This document shows, piece after piece, positions 27,799 to 41,761 of a stretch of 64,000 bases of DNA; the stretch's first letter is position 1, and every line of letters starts with the position of its first letter. Under the pieces are notes generated by a model. It did not search any database. It worked only from the letters and a program-made list of their open reading frames with translations, and was not told where the DNA came from. The translations under genes and the position numbers were made by a program. Origin of the DNA: Eledone cirrhosa (Eukaryota); contig OZ024743.1 in the NCBI GenBank assembly GCA_964016885.1, positions 286,688,001 through 286,752,000 on the forward strand. The letters run 5' to 3'.

Positions 27799-28269
27799 AG
27801 TAAAGAGGCCGAGAGTTCTGCTGTGATATATTATATATTCCAATCTCCACCACCTTTATTTTAACAACAGCTTCACTATTTCACATTTTTTATATCACAG
27901 CATCTATCCATCTATCTATCAATCTATCTATCTGTCAGCCTCTCTCTATTATTGTGAAGGACTTCCTGTCTTGATCTTTTAATCTGGGCTTATTATGTTT
28001 TCGCCTTTTCTTTCTTTTGTATTTTACTTGACAGTAAAGAGGCCGAGAGTTCTGCTGTGATATATTATATATTCCAATCTCCACCACCTTTATTTTAACA
28101 ACAGCTTCACTATTTCACATTTTTTATATCACAGCATCTATCCATCTATCTATCAATCTATCTATCTGTCAGCCTCTCTCTATTATTGTGAAGGACTTCC
28201 TGTCTTGATCTTTTAATCTGGGCTTATTATGTTTTCGCCTTTTCTTTCTTTTGTATTTTACTTGACAGT
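27799..28269. repeat. Perfect 234-bp tandem duplication
   Basis: Unit starts agtaaagaggcc at 27799 and 28033; AGT microhomology at the junction. Confidence 0.92.
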
Positions 28270-28900
28270 TTTCTTCAAGCTCAATTTCCTTCCTATTAAT
28301 GCAAGATGATGAGGTGGAACTGCTGCTCATAGCTCCTGATTAACTCTGTGCTGGTGACAGAAATCTCTCACCTTATCAGAGCTTCAGCTCATTGACCTTG
28401 ATGCTGGTTGCACTGAAGATGAGCCAAATTTGTTTGTTTATACTTTTTCATTTCTGCTGGGCAGAAGTCTCTCAAGTATTCTTTTTATGACCAAAGCTGC
28501 AGAAATTGGGTCTTCTGGCTTGCTTGCACCACCAATCCAATTCAGCTCTTCTCCACTCACTCAATAAGGTATAAATCTGGGATTGCCTTGTGGTCTTCAG
28601 GGGTCATGAAGACTTGCACATTTGTGCAGACTCTACCCAATCACACATTGTGCCATTGCAAGTAATCTCTGCACACACTACCTGCTGTACTGGGCAGCAA
28701 ACAAGCCAATGGTCAATATTAATACCACTATCTGTGACTGTTACCACTGTATTCATTTTTACCATGTGTTGCAGAACCAGCCAGCACCTAGGAATGTGGC
28801 ACACTGACTCTGTCTGATTCCTCATTTTATCCTCAGTCTTAATGACCAGGTACAGGTTTCCATGTGTCCTGTCAAAGGAGTATACATCCTGCCACACATT
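28270..28900 (-). mobile_element. Highly decayed LINE fragment (APE C-terminal region)
   Basis: WFCNTW and IDHWLV (SDH-like) on the minus strand, with many stops. Confidence 0.35.
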
Positions 28901-29122
28901 AGAGAGTGCACCACCCAACTTCTATTTCAAAGGTATATGGAAACCCCTTCATTTGTTTTTGCTTCCCCACCTTGTTTTCTTTTTTCTTTTTTTTTCTCTT
29001 TCGCTCTGGTCATGTGTTTTAGTGCGTTGTTTTTGTGAGGTTCCTGGCGACGGTTGGTTGTATTTGTTTGTATTATATTTGTAATTTTATTCTGAAAGAA
29101 TTGTGAGCAATTTGTAATGTTA

Positions 29123-29178
<56 letters not shown>

Positions 29179-29619
29179 TTAATAAAATTCTTTAAATTAT
29201 AACTTTTTGCACTTATAAGTGTGCCTGTTTTCTCCATGTTTTCTTTCTTCTTCTTTTAGAATGTCTTTGCAAAAGAGTTTTTTTTCAAGGGTGACATATT
29301 TTCTACTATCACCATTATAGCTAACACCTCCTCTTGTTACTACAGAGATGGCTACGTTGAACCACTAATAAACAAAGCAATATGGATGTTTGCAAAAATA
29401 AACGTACACATTAAAATGTTTAAAGACAAGCCCTATATTTCATCCCAGGTAATGGGATGGATATTTAAATATTCCAAAGCCCTTTGTTAGTGAAACGAAA
29501 AAAGAAAAATGTTTTCCCATCTAGAAGAAATGACTTTCTAAGCAAAGCTCTCTGAAATACATGCATTAATAGCAAAAAAAAAAAAAAAAATTTTGATTAT
29601 ATTTTGATTATATTGACTA

Positions 29620-30338
29620 TATTTGACTGGTATTTATTTCATCAAGCCCTTGAAGGTTGAAAGGTAAAGTCGACATAAAGGGATGTAATAAAATACTGCA
29701 AGACATTTTGTCTGCCTCTCTGTTGATTCTGCCATCAATAATAATAATTGTTTCTACTTTTGGCACAAGGCCAGCAATAACCCAGTGTATTACTGGTACT
29801 TTATTTTATCGACCCCATAAGGATGAAAGGCAAAGTTAACTTCGGCGGGATTTGAACTCAGAATGGCCAGGGCCGTAACTCTATGCGTCAAAGCATGGCG
29901 TCTGGCCCTCTACTGATACTGCAAATCCACCAGTAATAACAATAATAATAATTGTTTCTACATTTGGCACATGGCCAGCTGCAATCTGAAGGGAAGGGGA
30001 AAGTCGATTAAATCGACCCTAGTGTATTGCTGGTGGTTTATTTTATCGACCCTATAAGGATGAAAGGCAATGCTCAGCTCAGCAAGATTTGAACTCAGAA
30101 CGTAAAGGGACGTAACTCTATGCTGCAAAACGTCAATCTACCTTCTAATAATAATAATAATAATTGTTTCTACTTTAGGCACAAGGCCAGCAATTACCCA
30201 GTGTATTACTGGTACTTTATTTTATCGACCCCGTAAGGATGAAAGGCAAAGTTAACCTCGGCGGGATTTGAACTCAGATCGTAAAGGGACGTAACTACGC
30301 TGGAAAGCATGTCTGACCCTCTACCAATATTGTCAATT
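29620..30338 (-). mobile_element. Head-to-tail cluster of four family A SINEs
   Basis: Copies at about 29620-29735, 29746-29927, 29950-30130 and 30163-30338, separated by (AAT)n. Confidence 0.85.
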
Positions 30339-30967
30339 CAACAACAACAATAGCAACAAAACCAAAAATATTACAGAAAATAGTTATGAAAATATATCTC
30401 CCACAAGCATAAGAAGTTTTCTTCACATCCATGAGGTTGCAGGTTTGATACCATTGCATAACATTTTGTGCAAATGTCTTCTACTATAACTCAGTTTGTC
30501 AATAATTTGTGAGTGAAATTTGATAGATTGAAATTATGTAAATCGTTGTATATATAACTAATAACCCTTACTGGGCCTCATGGTTTGATACTAAAACAGA
30601 AAAAATAATGTGGGTCTATGTAAATATAAAGTTCTGAATGCATGCTGGACATTTGAATCACAGGTACAATACATTTAATGGGCCTACGATATATTTAATG
30701 AGTTCCTATCTACCCAATTTCATTGACAAGGCTTAGGTCAACCTGAGGCTGTGGTAAAAGTCACTTACACAAGAAGCCTTGCAGTAGGATTGAACCCAGG
30801 ACCTCATCATAGTGAAGCAAACTTCTTAATCATTCAGCCTTACCTGCATCCAGATATATATGATTACATACATGTATGGATATATATATATGTGTGTACA
30901 TACAAACACACAAATATATGTGATGTGTATGTATACATATATATCATCCTCATCATCATCATTGTTC

Positions 30968-31082
30968 TTTTAACATCCACTTTCCCTGCTAGCAAGGGTT
31001 GGACAAGTCTACATAGATCAGTACTGACTTGGTCTAAGTTAACCTATCCAACCCTTGCTAGCAGGAAAAGTGGATGTTAAAA
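30968..31082. repeat. 36-bp inverted repeat made of two RTE/SINE 3' tails
   Basis: Arms 30968-31003 and 31047-31082 match 35/36, with CAT- and ATG-type repeats outside. Confidence 0.9.
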
Positions 31083-31348
31083 TGACGACGATGATAGTGA
31101 TGATACACATTTATTTGTGTGTGTGTGTATGAGTGTGTATGTATACAGACACACACCACACACATATATATATAATAAGTAATAATCCAACCAAGGGTTT
31201 AGACAGAATTTATAACATTTTGTAGGCATTCTTTCTCTTAAAAATTTAATACTTGCATGTCGACTTGAAAAATAGGAATGAAATTATTCTTTATGCATGT
31301 ATGTGTGTATGTTATTGTTTGTTACATTTCATTTCATCAGCTGACTTT

Positions 31349-31583
31349 TTAATCTGTTAATGGGTTTTCTGTAAAATCTTTTGATTTTGATTTCGAAGTA
31401 ACTGTATGTTTGCCGCCGTTAGGAGTACTGTCTCGGCTTGAATAATCAACTTGTTCAGTTAAGGTGTACCATTGAGCAAGAGGTTTGCGAGCATTCTCCA
31501 GCATCTCATACCAATGATCTCTTCCAACACCTGGAAAATGGGGACCAATGCCACAGCATCCCATTACTTCATTACTTCCAATT
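31349..31583 (-). CDS. Syt9: Synaptotagmin (Syt9-like) last coding exon
   Basis: ctttag|A ATT GGA...; encodes [41 protein letters not shown]...NPLTD-stop. Has the typical C2B C-terminal HW..ML...RKP.AQW motif. Confidence 0.93.
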
Positions 31584-31611
31584 CTAAAGATGAAAATAAA
31601 TAAATAAATAA

Positions 31612-31708
<97 letters not shown>

Positions 31709-31925
31709 TATACATACATATATATTAGAAATAGAAGCTTTCACTGTATTTTTTTACTAAAGAAATTTTAACCTGATAGTGGGGTTTAGAACCCTCTAAG
31801 AAATGGAAAAAGAGGAGTATTGACATACATGTATGTCAATACTCATCTTTTTCCACTTTTCTAGTTTCAAGTTTCTAATTTCTAGTTTCAAACTCACTCG
31901 CTATTTCAAAACATACTTACTTATA

Positions 31926-31956
<31 letters not shown>

Positions 31957-32281
31957 GTATATGTATGCAAAAAGTAAACAGAAATACTAAAGCAAATGAC
32001 AGTACAATGAAGAAAAATATTACTTTAATGCTTGATATAGTAGGTAAAGAGTCTTTACGCTTCGGACACTAGTCATTCATTGGAAGATAGAATGAGAAAT
32101 AAAAGATGAAATAGGATAGAGAGTGAGATGAAGAAACAAAAATGTTTTTGAGAAAAACACACATGTATTCAGCCAGCTATATATATATATATATATATAT
32201 ACATATATAAATGAATGACTATAGAGAAATGAAGAACAACTTTCATAAAATAGTAAACATATACTAGAACTTCTGCAGTAC

Positions 32282-32453
32282 CTGTCATAGTCAACAACCT
32301 TGATGATCAAACCAATCTCCTCAATATGTTCCTGGGGTACATCAAACACGATTGCTTCATTGTAAACAGGTTTCAGCGTATTTCTCTTTACACTAGTCTT
32401 TCGCTTGCGTATTCGTTTGCCTTGACACATCAAGGCTACTTTGACATAGGGAT
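32282..32453 (-). CDS. Syt9: Synaptotagmin (Syt9-like) internal C2B exon
   Basis: tattcag|AT CCC TAT...GAC AG|gtactg; 172 bp encoding (D)[56 protein letters not shown](R). Contains the polybasic patch and the DYD Ca2+ ligands; phases match both neighbouring exons. Confidence 0.95.
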
Positions 32454-32479
32454 CTGAATACAGACAGAAAATATTTGTG

Positions 32480-32542
<63 letters not shown>

Positions 32543-32780
32543 ATAACTTGGGAGGGTCATGCTGCCAATAAAAACACACACAATATTTTTATTGGCAATA
32601 TTACACTCCATTACACTCCAAAAGTATAACAATATGTTTTCACACAGGATTTCACATCAAGAATCTTGCTAAACAAATATAAAAATGAAGTATATATGTG
32701 TATATTGTCTAATGATTCTGTGGATATACAGGTGAAACTCCAGAGTAAAAAGACTCATCACTTAGACATATATATATATA

Positions 32781-33480
32781 TATATTAGTGAGGATTTCCC
32801 ATGAGCTTGGCAGTTTCGGCTAATTACCTCTTCTACAAAAGGTAACTAGCCGAAACTGCCAATCTTTCGGTAGATCCTTTACTTTCACTAATATACCAAC
32901 TGTGCATCTTACCATGTATCGAGTACTTCTTTGATCTGTGATTTTCCTTGTCCTAGTACTGCAGACTATTTAGCTATATTTTTGTCTATTATTTCCTTGT
33001 ATTTTTAATTTAATAAATAGCTCTGATTATTGAATTATTTTAATTCTTTTGATTATTTTAACTCTTTCGCTCATCGAGCAAAACTTGTTAAGGTGAATAT
33101 CACACATATGAATATGTGTGTGTGTATATCATTATTATATTCTTCTAAACTCACCTATGGTCGAGTTAACCAGGCATGTGCTAACTACTTTTTCTAGCAA
33201 ATACAGTACTCGCTTATTGTCCACCTTTACTACTCTTCTGCGACCACTGTTTCACATGTTAATTTCTCCCTCCGCCTCTCGAAAATTTCTCACTTGTTAT
33301 AAACGCATCAAGAAACAATCCTTTTTGAAGGGTCTCTTGATAAGCCTTATCAACCTCACAGCAATGGTGCACTTCTATAGTGCATAAATTGGTGCAAACG
33401 GATTCAGTAAAACTGCAGTCGGGACTTTGAAGAAAAAATAGGTATGTTTTTGTCTATTATTTCCTTGCATTTTTAATTTG
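32781..33480. mobile_element. Decayed PLE-type modules: fold-back plus partial tandem
   Basis: Inverted arms across 32781-32895 around CCGAAACTGCC; motif GTATCGAGTAC at 32916; direct repeat tttttgtctattatttccttg at about 32979 and 33447; decayed HHR-like GTCTC-TTGATAA...AAAACTGCAGTC-GGGAC at 33332-33425. Confidence 0.55.
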
Positions 33481-33487
33481 ATATAAT

Positions 33488-33632
<145 letters not shown>

Positions 33633-34513
33633 TTTTCTTTTAAAGTATATGAAAGAATTGGGCATATTTATGCCCACAAAACCTTTTGGTAATGCAAATA
33701 TATGAATGTATGAGCAAGACATGGTCACTTGACTGGTCTAGCTTCAGAATGTGACAATTTATCTAACTCATACCAGTATGGAAAGCAGTTGTAGAAATGA
33801 TGATGATGATGATTGACCATTTTTTGCATTATAAACTGTGAAAATAATTGTTTCTACTTTAGGCACAAGGCCAGCAATTATCCAGTGCATTACTGGTACT
33901 TTATTTTATCGACCCCGTAAGGATGAAAAGCAAAGTCAATGAAAATAATGATCTTACAAATATATTTTATGGACAACAAAACAGAGACATAAAATTAAAC
34001 TGAGAGAATAATTATTTATTTATTACTCTTATCACTATAAAATTCACCAAACTTTCTTTTTATAAACACATTTGCATGGTGGCCTCTTCTTTCCTGTTTT
34101 GCCCTTTGTCATGTAGGCCAGCCACCATTTCTCCAATTAGTCCAACTATTCTGACAATGTTTGACAAGGAGGGAACTTCTATGTAATTGCCTCTATGCTC
34201 ATTACTGGAGTAAATTTGATCATAAAACCTTGGTAAACATTGTCCAGGAAAGCAGAAACTCTAAAATTCCACACACAGGAGATGCGAAAGTCACACTGAA
34301 GGTAATATATTTAGAAGAGCAGAAACTGGCATGTACTGGGTGTATTTTATTGTGGCACCACCACTACCACTACCACCTGAAGGGTGTTGTATATATAAAA
34401 AAAAGGTGTTTAATAAATAAAGTGTGGCTAAAAGTTGCATATTCTAAAGAATCGTATCATATTGAAACAAAACAACGATTAATTAAATGAACTAATCAAG
34501 GATGTGTTATATA

Positions 34514-34697
34514 CGAGGGTCAGCTGAAAAGTTCATAGGCTGGCCAAGATACTGCCAAATGAGGTTTATTTTTCAACATAGTCCCTGGAGAGAAATAATG
34601 CAGTTCTTACTGAGAGTTGAAATTAATGCCTGTGAGATTTCACAGCTCTAGCATCACTCCTTCATAGTTAGCCTATGAACTTTTCAGCCCACCCTCA
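34514..34697. mobile_element. Mariner-type MITE
   Basis: TA-flanked TIRs of about 28 bp: CGAGGGTCAGCTGAAAAGTTCATAGGCT and AGCCTATGAACTTTTCAGCCCACCCTCA. Confidence 0.8.
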
Positions 34698-35589
34698 TAT
34701 GAAATCAGCTTTAGTAATAGTGGCTTTATAAGCAGTGTCTGAATTCCCAGTTAAAAGAGTTACCGATGAAATCTCAAGAGGATTGAAACTAGTCTGGTTG
34801 ATATTTCTTTTTCTGTCCAGGAATATCTATCTATACATATAGGTATATAAAACTGGAGTTGTTTGTGTGTGTGTCCTCATTTTTGCAAAGTCTATACAAA
34901 TCCACATTTCTACTCCGATTGATTTCAAACTTGCATTTATATATTCCTTGTGATCTAAAGATATTAACTGTAGCTTTTATTTTTCAATTTTCTGTTGTTA
35001 AAGGGGTGTTAGGCGCCGGTTATCGATCTCTGTTGCACCCTTATAATATCTGTCTGTATGTCTGGCTGTCTGCATAACGACATTATGACCAACATGTCAT
35101 TGCTGACGTATTATCTTTGCCACATTCACACACATACACATATATACACATATACATATATATACATATACATATATATATATATACACACATATATACA
35201 TATACACACACATATACACATATACATACATATATATATATATATATATACATATACAAACACATATACACATATACTTATATATAAATATACACATAAA
35301 AATCTATCTATCTATTTAGGGCGGGTAAAATTCCCAAGATCCATGGACGAGTTCTCTCCAGCATGGGTTTTGGCCGTGTAAAAAAGGTTATAACAAGAAG
35401 ATAGAAATATCAAAAAATTCAAAAATTCCCCAACAGGGGGGAAACTTCCGAGGGTCACTCGTGGCGAAAACCACACAAAAGACCACAGCCACCCTGACCA
35501 CCAGGGCAAGCGCCCTCTCTCAGTTTTCCACTCCTCAGTCTACAGGCACATAATCAGAGCGAGCCCGGTCAAGCACCGGACATGTCCAG

Positions 35590-36100
35590 ATGCTCGGCAC
35601 CGCTCTCAAGGAATATGAAGCAGTGACAGGAGCAAAGTTAAACCAGGAAAAGTTGGTGGGCTTGCAGCTCGGCACCTGGAGAGGCAAGTCCATGCCACCC
35701 AACAGTGTCGTGGGGCGCTGGACGGAAGGACCGGTTTATTGTTCGGGGTCTGGTTCGGTCTGGACCTCCAGATGGAGAAAAACTGGAGTGAGATGACGAA
35801 CAGGGTGGCCTCTCTCACCCAGAAATGAGCCGAGAGGAAGCTGTCCCTGAAAGGTTGGGCAGAGGTGGCGAATGCGTTCATTACATCCGTCATCTGCTAT
35901 CGTCTAACCGTTGTGCCTTGCCCCGGCCCAACTCTGACAAAAAATGGAGTGCCTCCTCTTCTGCTATTTATGGAAGAGACATGCTCCCATGGTCAGATGA
36001 CCCATCTGCTGTCAACACCCGTTGCATGGAGGGCTGGGCATGCCGTGGCTGATGATGCGCAAACACACGCTGAGGCTGCAACATCTCTGGTGCTTCCTTG
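35590..36100 (+). mobile_element. L1/Tx1-type LINE ORF2 fragment (post-RT)
   Basis: YEAVTGAKLNQEK, LFGVWFG, LSLKGWAEVANAFITSVICYRL and GGLGMP across frames. Confidence 0.7.
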
Positions 36101-36249
36101 ACAGTGCAAAAATGAGGACACACAGACAATTTCACTTTTATATGTATGTATAGATATACATACATATACAAACACATATGCACATATATATATATATACA
36201 CATATACATATATATAAATATACACATAAAAATATATCTTTCTATTTAT

Positions 36250-36470
36250 CTCGGGCGGGTAAAATTCCCGAGATCCATGGACGAGTTCTCTCCAGCAGTT
36301 TCTGTCCCTCATTATCGATGCCATGTCCTATGTCTCCAACAGACCAGTGTCTGTCCTTAGGGCATCAACATATGTTAACTTAGGTCTTCCTCTTCCAGTG
36401 TGTCCATGCAGGGGCTTCCACAGGAGCATTGAGTGTAGTGTCAACTGTGGATGTCGGTGAGTATGTCCAG
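36250..36470 (-). mobile_element. RTE/RTEX-type LINE 3' end
   Basis: LLWKPLHGHTGRGRPKLTYVDAL...MRDRNCWRELV; its terminus is duplicated at about 35300-35362. Confidence 0.65.
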
Positions 36471-37327
36471 TTCGTGAGTTTTTAATAGGCACTCACAAAT
36501 AAACGTTTGTCATTGGAGGTGCTATTACCAATGTTCTTACTCGTGCAATGCCGGGATACACTGCTAGTATTATATATAAAGACAAACTGTTTGCATCTGT
36601 TTATTATCTAGTGTTGGCTCAAATCAATAGATACACACAGCATAGCGTTGAAACAAAATACTGTTAATGTGTTTATAATCTAACAATATTTAACTTTTAT
36701 TCAATACTATTTTCCACAGCATATGTGGAATAGTTTGTGTACTTTGAAAGGAGTTTGGGGAAAATTAATGAACAGATAAAACCAATGAAATATATTCAGA
36801 ACAAGGGTTAAATTGGAATTTTAAAAATAAAATTAGATGGAGTTTTGTTACGTTAATTAAAGTAGATTACTTGTTCAAAAGTGTAATTATGACTTGTAAC
36901 ACACACTAAAAAGAAAATCTACTTGAAATTCTAGTTATTGTGGAAAACATCAATGAATAAAAGCAATTTGTATCAGTTGGTGACACAAAATATACACCAA
37001 TTCAGGGTTATTTATGACTTACTAAAATCATTTAATAGTGTTAAATGTGTACTACATTTTACCTCCTATGGTTTATATATCATATAATCAAGTGTTTATT
37101 GTGAAATGTCATTAGTTTTAAATTAACAAACTTAAACAGCTTTGTGAGGCAGCAAGTCAGCAAATATACATATCTCACCATGACTCCATGTCTATAGTTG
37201 TCCTTCACGGTTGAAGGAGGGTGAAGAAGAGGCATGCAGAGAAAATCTTGGTCTGACAACACATCAAGGACTGGACAGGCCACAACACCACAACCCTTCT
37301 ACACATATTGGAGGATATAGTGGCAAC

Positions 37328-37329
<2 letters not shown>

Positions 37330-37358
<29 letters not shown>

Positions 37359-37820
37359 CTTGAGAGGGTCATGAGGGCAGAGTCTTCAAACACTCCTTCC
37401 AGTGAGCCCTGTCAGAAGCAAACATCTCCAACTGATCCAGCTGCATCCCCAAGTGAGACCAAAACCAAGCTCATGGATGTTATCCAACTATCTTGCTTGG
37501 GGTCTACCCCTGGGTCTCCTGCCAGTTGATTTTACCTGTAAAATCTATCCATCGATTCTTTCCTGAGACATTCTAGCCACAAGCCCATAGTATTGGAGCT
37601 GTGATCTCTCAGTTCGGACAAGTAGTGGCTCTACTTGGAATGACTCTCTGATCTCCGAGCTATGCGCTCTATCAAGTAATGTTACTCCAAAGACCCTTTG
37701 GTGAAACCCCATTTTGGCCGTTTGTTTTGCAATCGTATTCTTTTGGTCATTACCCAAGATTCATTACCATAGGGAAGGGTTGGCATGTAAACCAAATTGA
37801 AGATAGCGAGTTTGGCTTTT
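37330..37820 (-). mobile_element. RTE family 2 3' end with (AAG)n tail
   Basis: VFGVTLLDRAHSSEIRESFQVEPLLVRTERSQLQYYGLVARM; the 3' UTR is shared with 50938-51370. Confidence 0.75.
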
Positions 37821-40800
37821 ACCTGAGTGGTGATGCTGTCTGTGAAAATGTCTAGAGTGGCACTTCAATGACTGTTGCAGGAATTTGATTATGATGATGA
37901 TGATGATATCTACTTCTTTTGAAAAGCTCACTTTGAATCATCATCACCACCACTTTACATCTATTTTCCATGCTTATATGGGTTAGACGAGTTGTCACAC
38001 ACTGAGACTTGCTCATCTGTTTCATTTTGGTATAGCTTCTATTGTTGGACGCTTTTTTGAAGGCAAACCATTTTTACCACTTTTTACAGAATAGACTGGG
38101 TGCTTTGTAGTGTAGTTTACAACACTTGGATGCTCATTGTATCCTTATTTGGAGTGGGAGAAAAAGCAATGAGAGTGGTGGTGGAAGCTATATGTTGCTT
38201 GTCAAATGAGTGATGGTAAACATTGGGTCTTGGAGGAGGCCTTGAAGAGAGCGAGTTACATCTGGCATGAGAAAGAGGAAATCAAGTATGTGACTGGGGG
38301 TAGTTTAAAGTGGGGATTTAGATAGAAAGAGAGGGGGAAATCAGCCGTGTGAGACTATGGTGGGAGAAGGAGACTGGGGTGGATTGTGAGGGAGGGGTAT
38401 ATTGGGAGGTGAGGACCTGAATGTCATCACACTTCTCTGCATCCTCTTTACCATTTCATTCCATTTGTATGGGAAGGTGAGTTCTCTGTATTATGCCAAA
38501 TCACTAATCAACTCAATCCTGTATTATCTCCTTCAGGAGGTTCAGCTTTGTGAGGTCAGCCTTCACCACATCGTCCCAAGTTTTCCTAGGTCTTCCTTTC
38601 CACAAGTTTTACTGACTTTTAGTGTCATACACTTCACTTCTTTATGCAGCTGTCATCTTCCATATACATCACCTGTCCATACCAGTGAGTACCCACACAT
38701 GTTTTACTTCCCTTCCATCATTTCTCATTTCTCTATTCTCCCCTATTTCTCTGTTACCCATCCTCACCCACTCTCTGAGGTGAAAGAGGGGGAAGAGGAG
38801 GACAGAACGTCTCCTTAGTAGTTAGTAATTTAGAAAAGGATAACAAGTATGTAAGATCAAGCAAAAGAAGTCAAATATAGATAAGGCTAGCTTCAGCCAT
38901 CATTGGTAATTCAATGATTCATTAATCTGTTGACTGCTGCATATATTTTACACAGTTACAGTTGCTTTGCCAGGTTTTTTTTCAGTAAAATGACTATTTT
39001 TTTAAACAAACATTTATTAACAACACATCTGAATGATTGACAAACGTCACATCAATAAACTAGTAACCCCATCTAACATTGAAATTATGAACTGACAGAA
39101 ATGAGTTCAAACATGTTAGGACGAGTTATCTCGTCTACAGCACTGAAGAGGTTAATGGATCCTGAGACTGTTTTATTTTATATTTAATGTATGTATAAAA
39201 AAGAGGAAAAATAAAGAAATAAAAAAGTTAAAGTTTCCACACTATTTTTTTCCATGTTTTTAATGTAAATCTTTTACTGGTATTTACTTAGTTAAGGTAC
39301 AGCCAATAACACTGTTAGAATTCTATGTAACACGGATATGAATATCTCAACTAAATAAAGGGGAAAATGTTTTTGTTTTGGGAAGAAAAGCATCATGTTA
39401 AATTTTGTTGAGTTTTCAAAAAAAACTACAGAGTCAGATATATAGGCTGAAAAATAAAAACAAAAAAGGTGAGGTTTAATGCATAATTAGTTCATTGATT
39501 TATGATTGTTTCATAAGGTTGAATGAATCATAATATCGATATTTTGAGTTAAATAACTGCTACCAATTAGTCAATATATTGATATTATGATGGTTCATTC
39601 ACCCATTTGAAATAATTGTAAAACAATGAACCAATTGAGCACTAATCCGTGTCTTCTCTGTTTTCATTGTTTAACCTATATTTAAAGTAGAATCAATTAT
39701 TCAACTCATGTAGACATGTTTTTATATAAATTGTGTTTTATATGTATATAGATTTGTATACATGTGTATCTTGTGGGTATTTCATTTATCACCTTGAAAT
39801 CTTTTATCACTGAAAGACGTTAATATGCCTACTTTTTGTTCTCTTTTTCTCATGCTCTTTTCTTTCTCCACCCTCCATTTCCTATGACTGCACATTATAG
39901 ATCTTTTTGATTAGTTTTTACACACATTTATAATATGACTTTTCTTTTTAACATATATCATTTTGTGACACTCCTCTCAAAGTATAATATGAATGTGGAT
40001 GGAATACGTGTGAGATATTGCTTAGATGGATGTCATTATTCAAACATTTTGATCAAGTTCATTTATGAACTGCTGGCATATCTTTTCTTTCAGTCTACAA
40101 AGAACTGCTGTATCCCTCAATTTGGCCTACCATAGATGAGACTAGAGCTGAACACTTGGAAGTCCCACAAATTGCAGTCTTCTTTTGGACATAAAAATAG
40201 TCCACACCCCACAAAAATCAAGTCTTAAGATGCACCTCTTCTTTTTAGTATATTGGGAGTATTATCTCTAGTTACACAATGTTGATTGGGGAGTTTAATT
40301 ACAGAATCAATCAAAGCTTTTCTGCATTTGGTACCTGCATGAGCATGCTCTACATTAAATAAGTTAACATAAACTTAACTATCTGTGTGTGTGTATATAT
40401 ATATATAAAATAGTCATTTTGGAAGCCTCTATAATATATATATGTATATGGTGGCTGATGGCACTTTCTTTTTCCATCTTTTAAAGGTCTTCAACCTATT
40501 TTATAAGCATCTCTGCACTTGAGCACTTCCTTTATACTCATATATATGGTCTCTTCCCATTCGCATTGCTCATCTATATGATTCTATACACCCATGATTC
40601 TCATTGAGAAAAAAGTGATGGTGGTGAGCCCTGAATCCTTGTCTGACCATTACTTGTCTTCACATGGATGCAGCTGTTGGCCACTCAAAGGTTCTCACCA
40701 ATCTGACTAAGGCATCCCATTTATCCTGGTTTTGAGATCGGAGTGATCCTTCTCCTAGACAGACTGCCAACCAAGGCTAATGAGCTCTATCTAATTGTTT

Positions 40801-41148
40801 TGTTTACACACTATTGGATAACCGTTGGCACTCCTAAATTCCTCCACCCTTTGACAGCTTTGTTTTTCATCCTCAGAGTGCCCCAAATCACCCTCCTCAT
40901 GAAACAAACTTAATGGGGTTGCCTGTTTAATTGTTGATAACCCAACCATGTGACAGGTAGTACTGAGTTGTATATTGCCACAAGCGCTTCAGAGTAACCT
41001 TACATAATATATCATGATCATCATCATCATCATTTTATGTCTGCTTTCCATGCTGGCATAGGCTGGAGAAGCTGTCACAGTTCAAGACTAGACAGATCAG
41101 AGCAGCCTCATCAATTTCATATTTGGCGTAATTTATGTATATCATCTA

Positions 41149-41761
41149 CATCATCATCATCATCATCGTTTTTACATTCATTTTTTCATGCTTGCATGAG
41201 TTGAAAGACGCCTTCTCAGCACAGCCACTTGCCACGTTCCTTTGTCATCTCCTCTGTGAGTCTCAATGATTTGATGTCAGCTCTCATGACTTTCTTGGTC
41301 TTCCTTTACTGCAGCTTCCTACCACTGGGATTTCCTGGCACTTCTTCACTCCGCGATCATCATCCATGCACATCACATGTCTATACCAATGCAGTCTTCT
41401 CTCTTGCTCACCACTTCGGATTCCTCTTAAACCTAGATTCTTCCTCAATTCAGCCAAGCTCTGCCTTTCTCTCACATTTACATTGAACATCCAACAAAAC
41501 ATGGTTGCTTCATTTCTCTTCAGCCTACGCATGTCCTCTGTAGTCACTGCTCATGTTTCACTTCCATGTGGCATCGCACTTTGTACACAGGTATCATACA
41601 GTTGTCTTTTTGTATGTAGGGAGAAGCTTTCATTGTCAACAGTGTGACTAGCTCTCTAAATTTCTTCCATCCTATCCTTATTCTAGTTTTTATGCTCACA
41701 GAGCACCCTCCTCCACTGCTAATTAGGTAACCTAGATAGTAGAAGCTATTAACCACTTCTA
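41149..41761 (-). mobile_element. Old 5'-truncated RTE LINE
   Basis: VNSFYYLGYLISSGGGCS...RRLHWYRHV...GRPRKS, with an (ATG)n tail. Confidence 0.8.

Larger units (their letters stand above)
34830..36567 (+). mobile_element. Helitron-like element with foreign internal cargo
   Basis: 5' TC end (34830-35100) and 3' end (36471-36567) match the 14522 copy. Hairpin ctcgtgcaatgccggg at 36540-36555 lies 8 nt before CTAG|T. Confidence 0.7.

Noticed and set aside
39137-39175. CTGAAGAGG...GAGAC as a hammerhead
   Set aside because: It has GAGA instead of GAAA and no convincing stems; it more likely belongs to the end of a decayed TTAA-type MITE.
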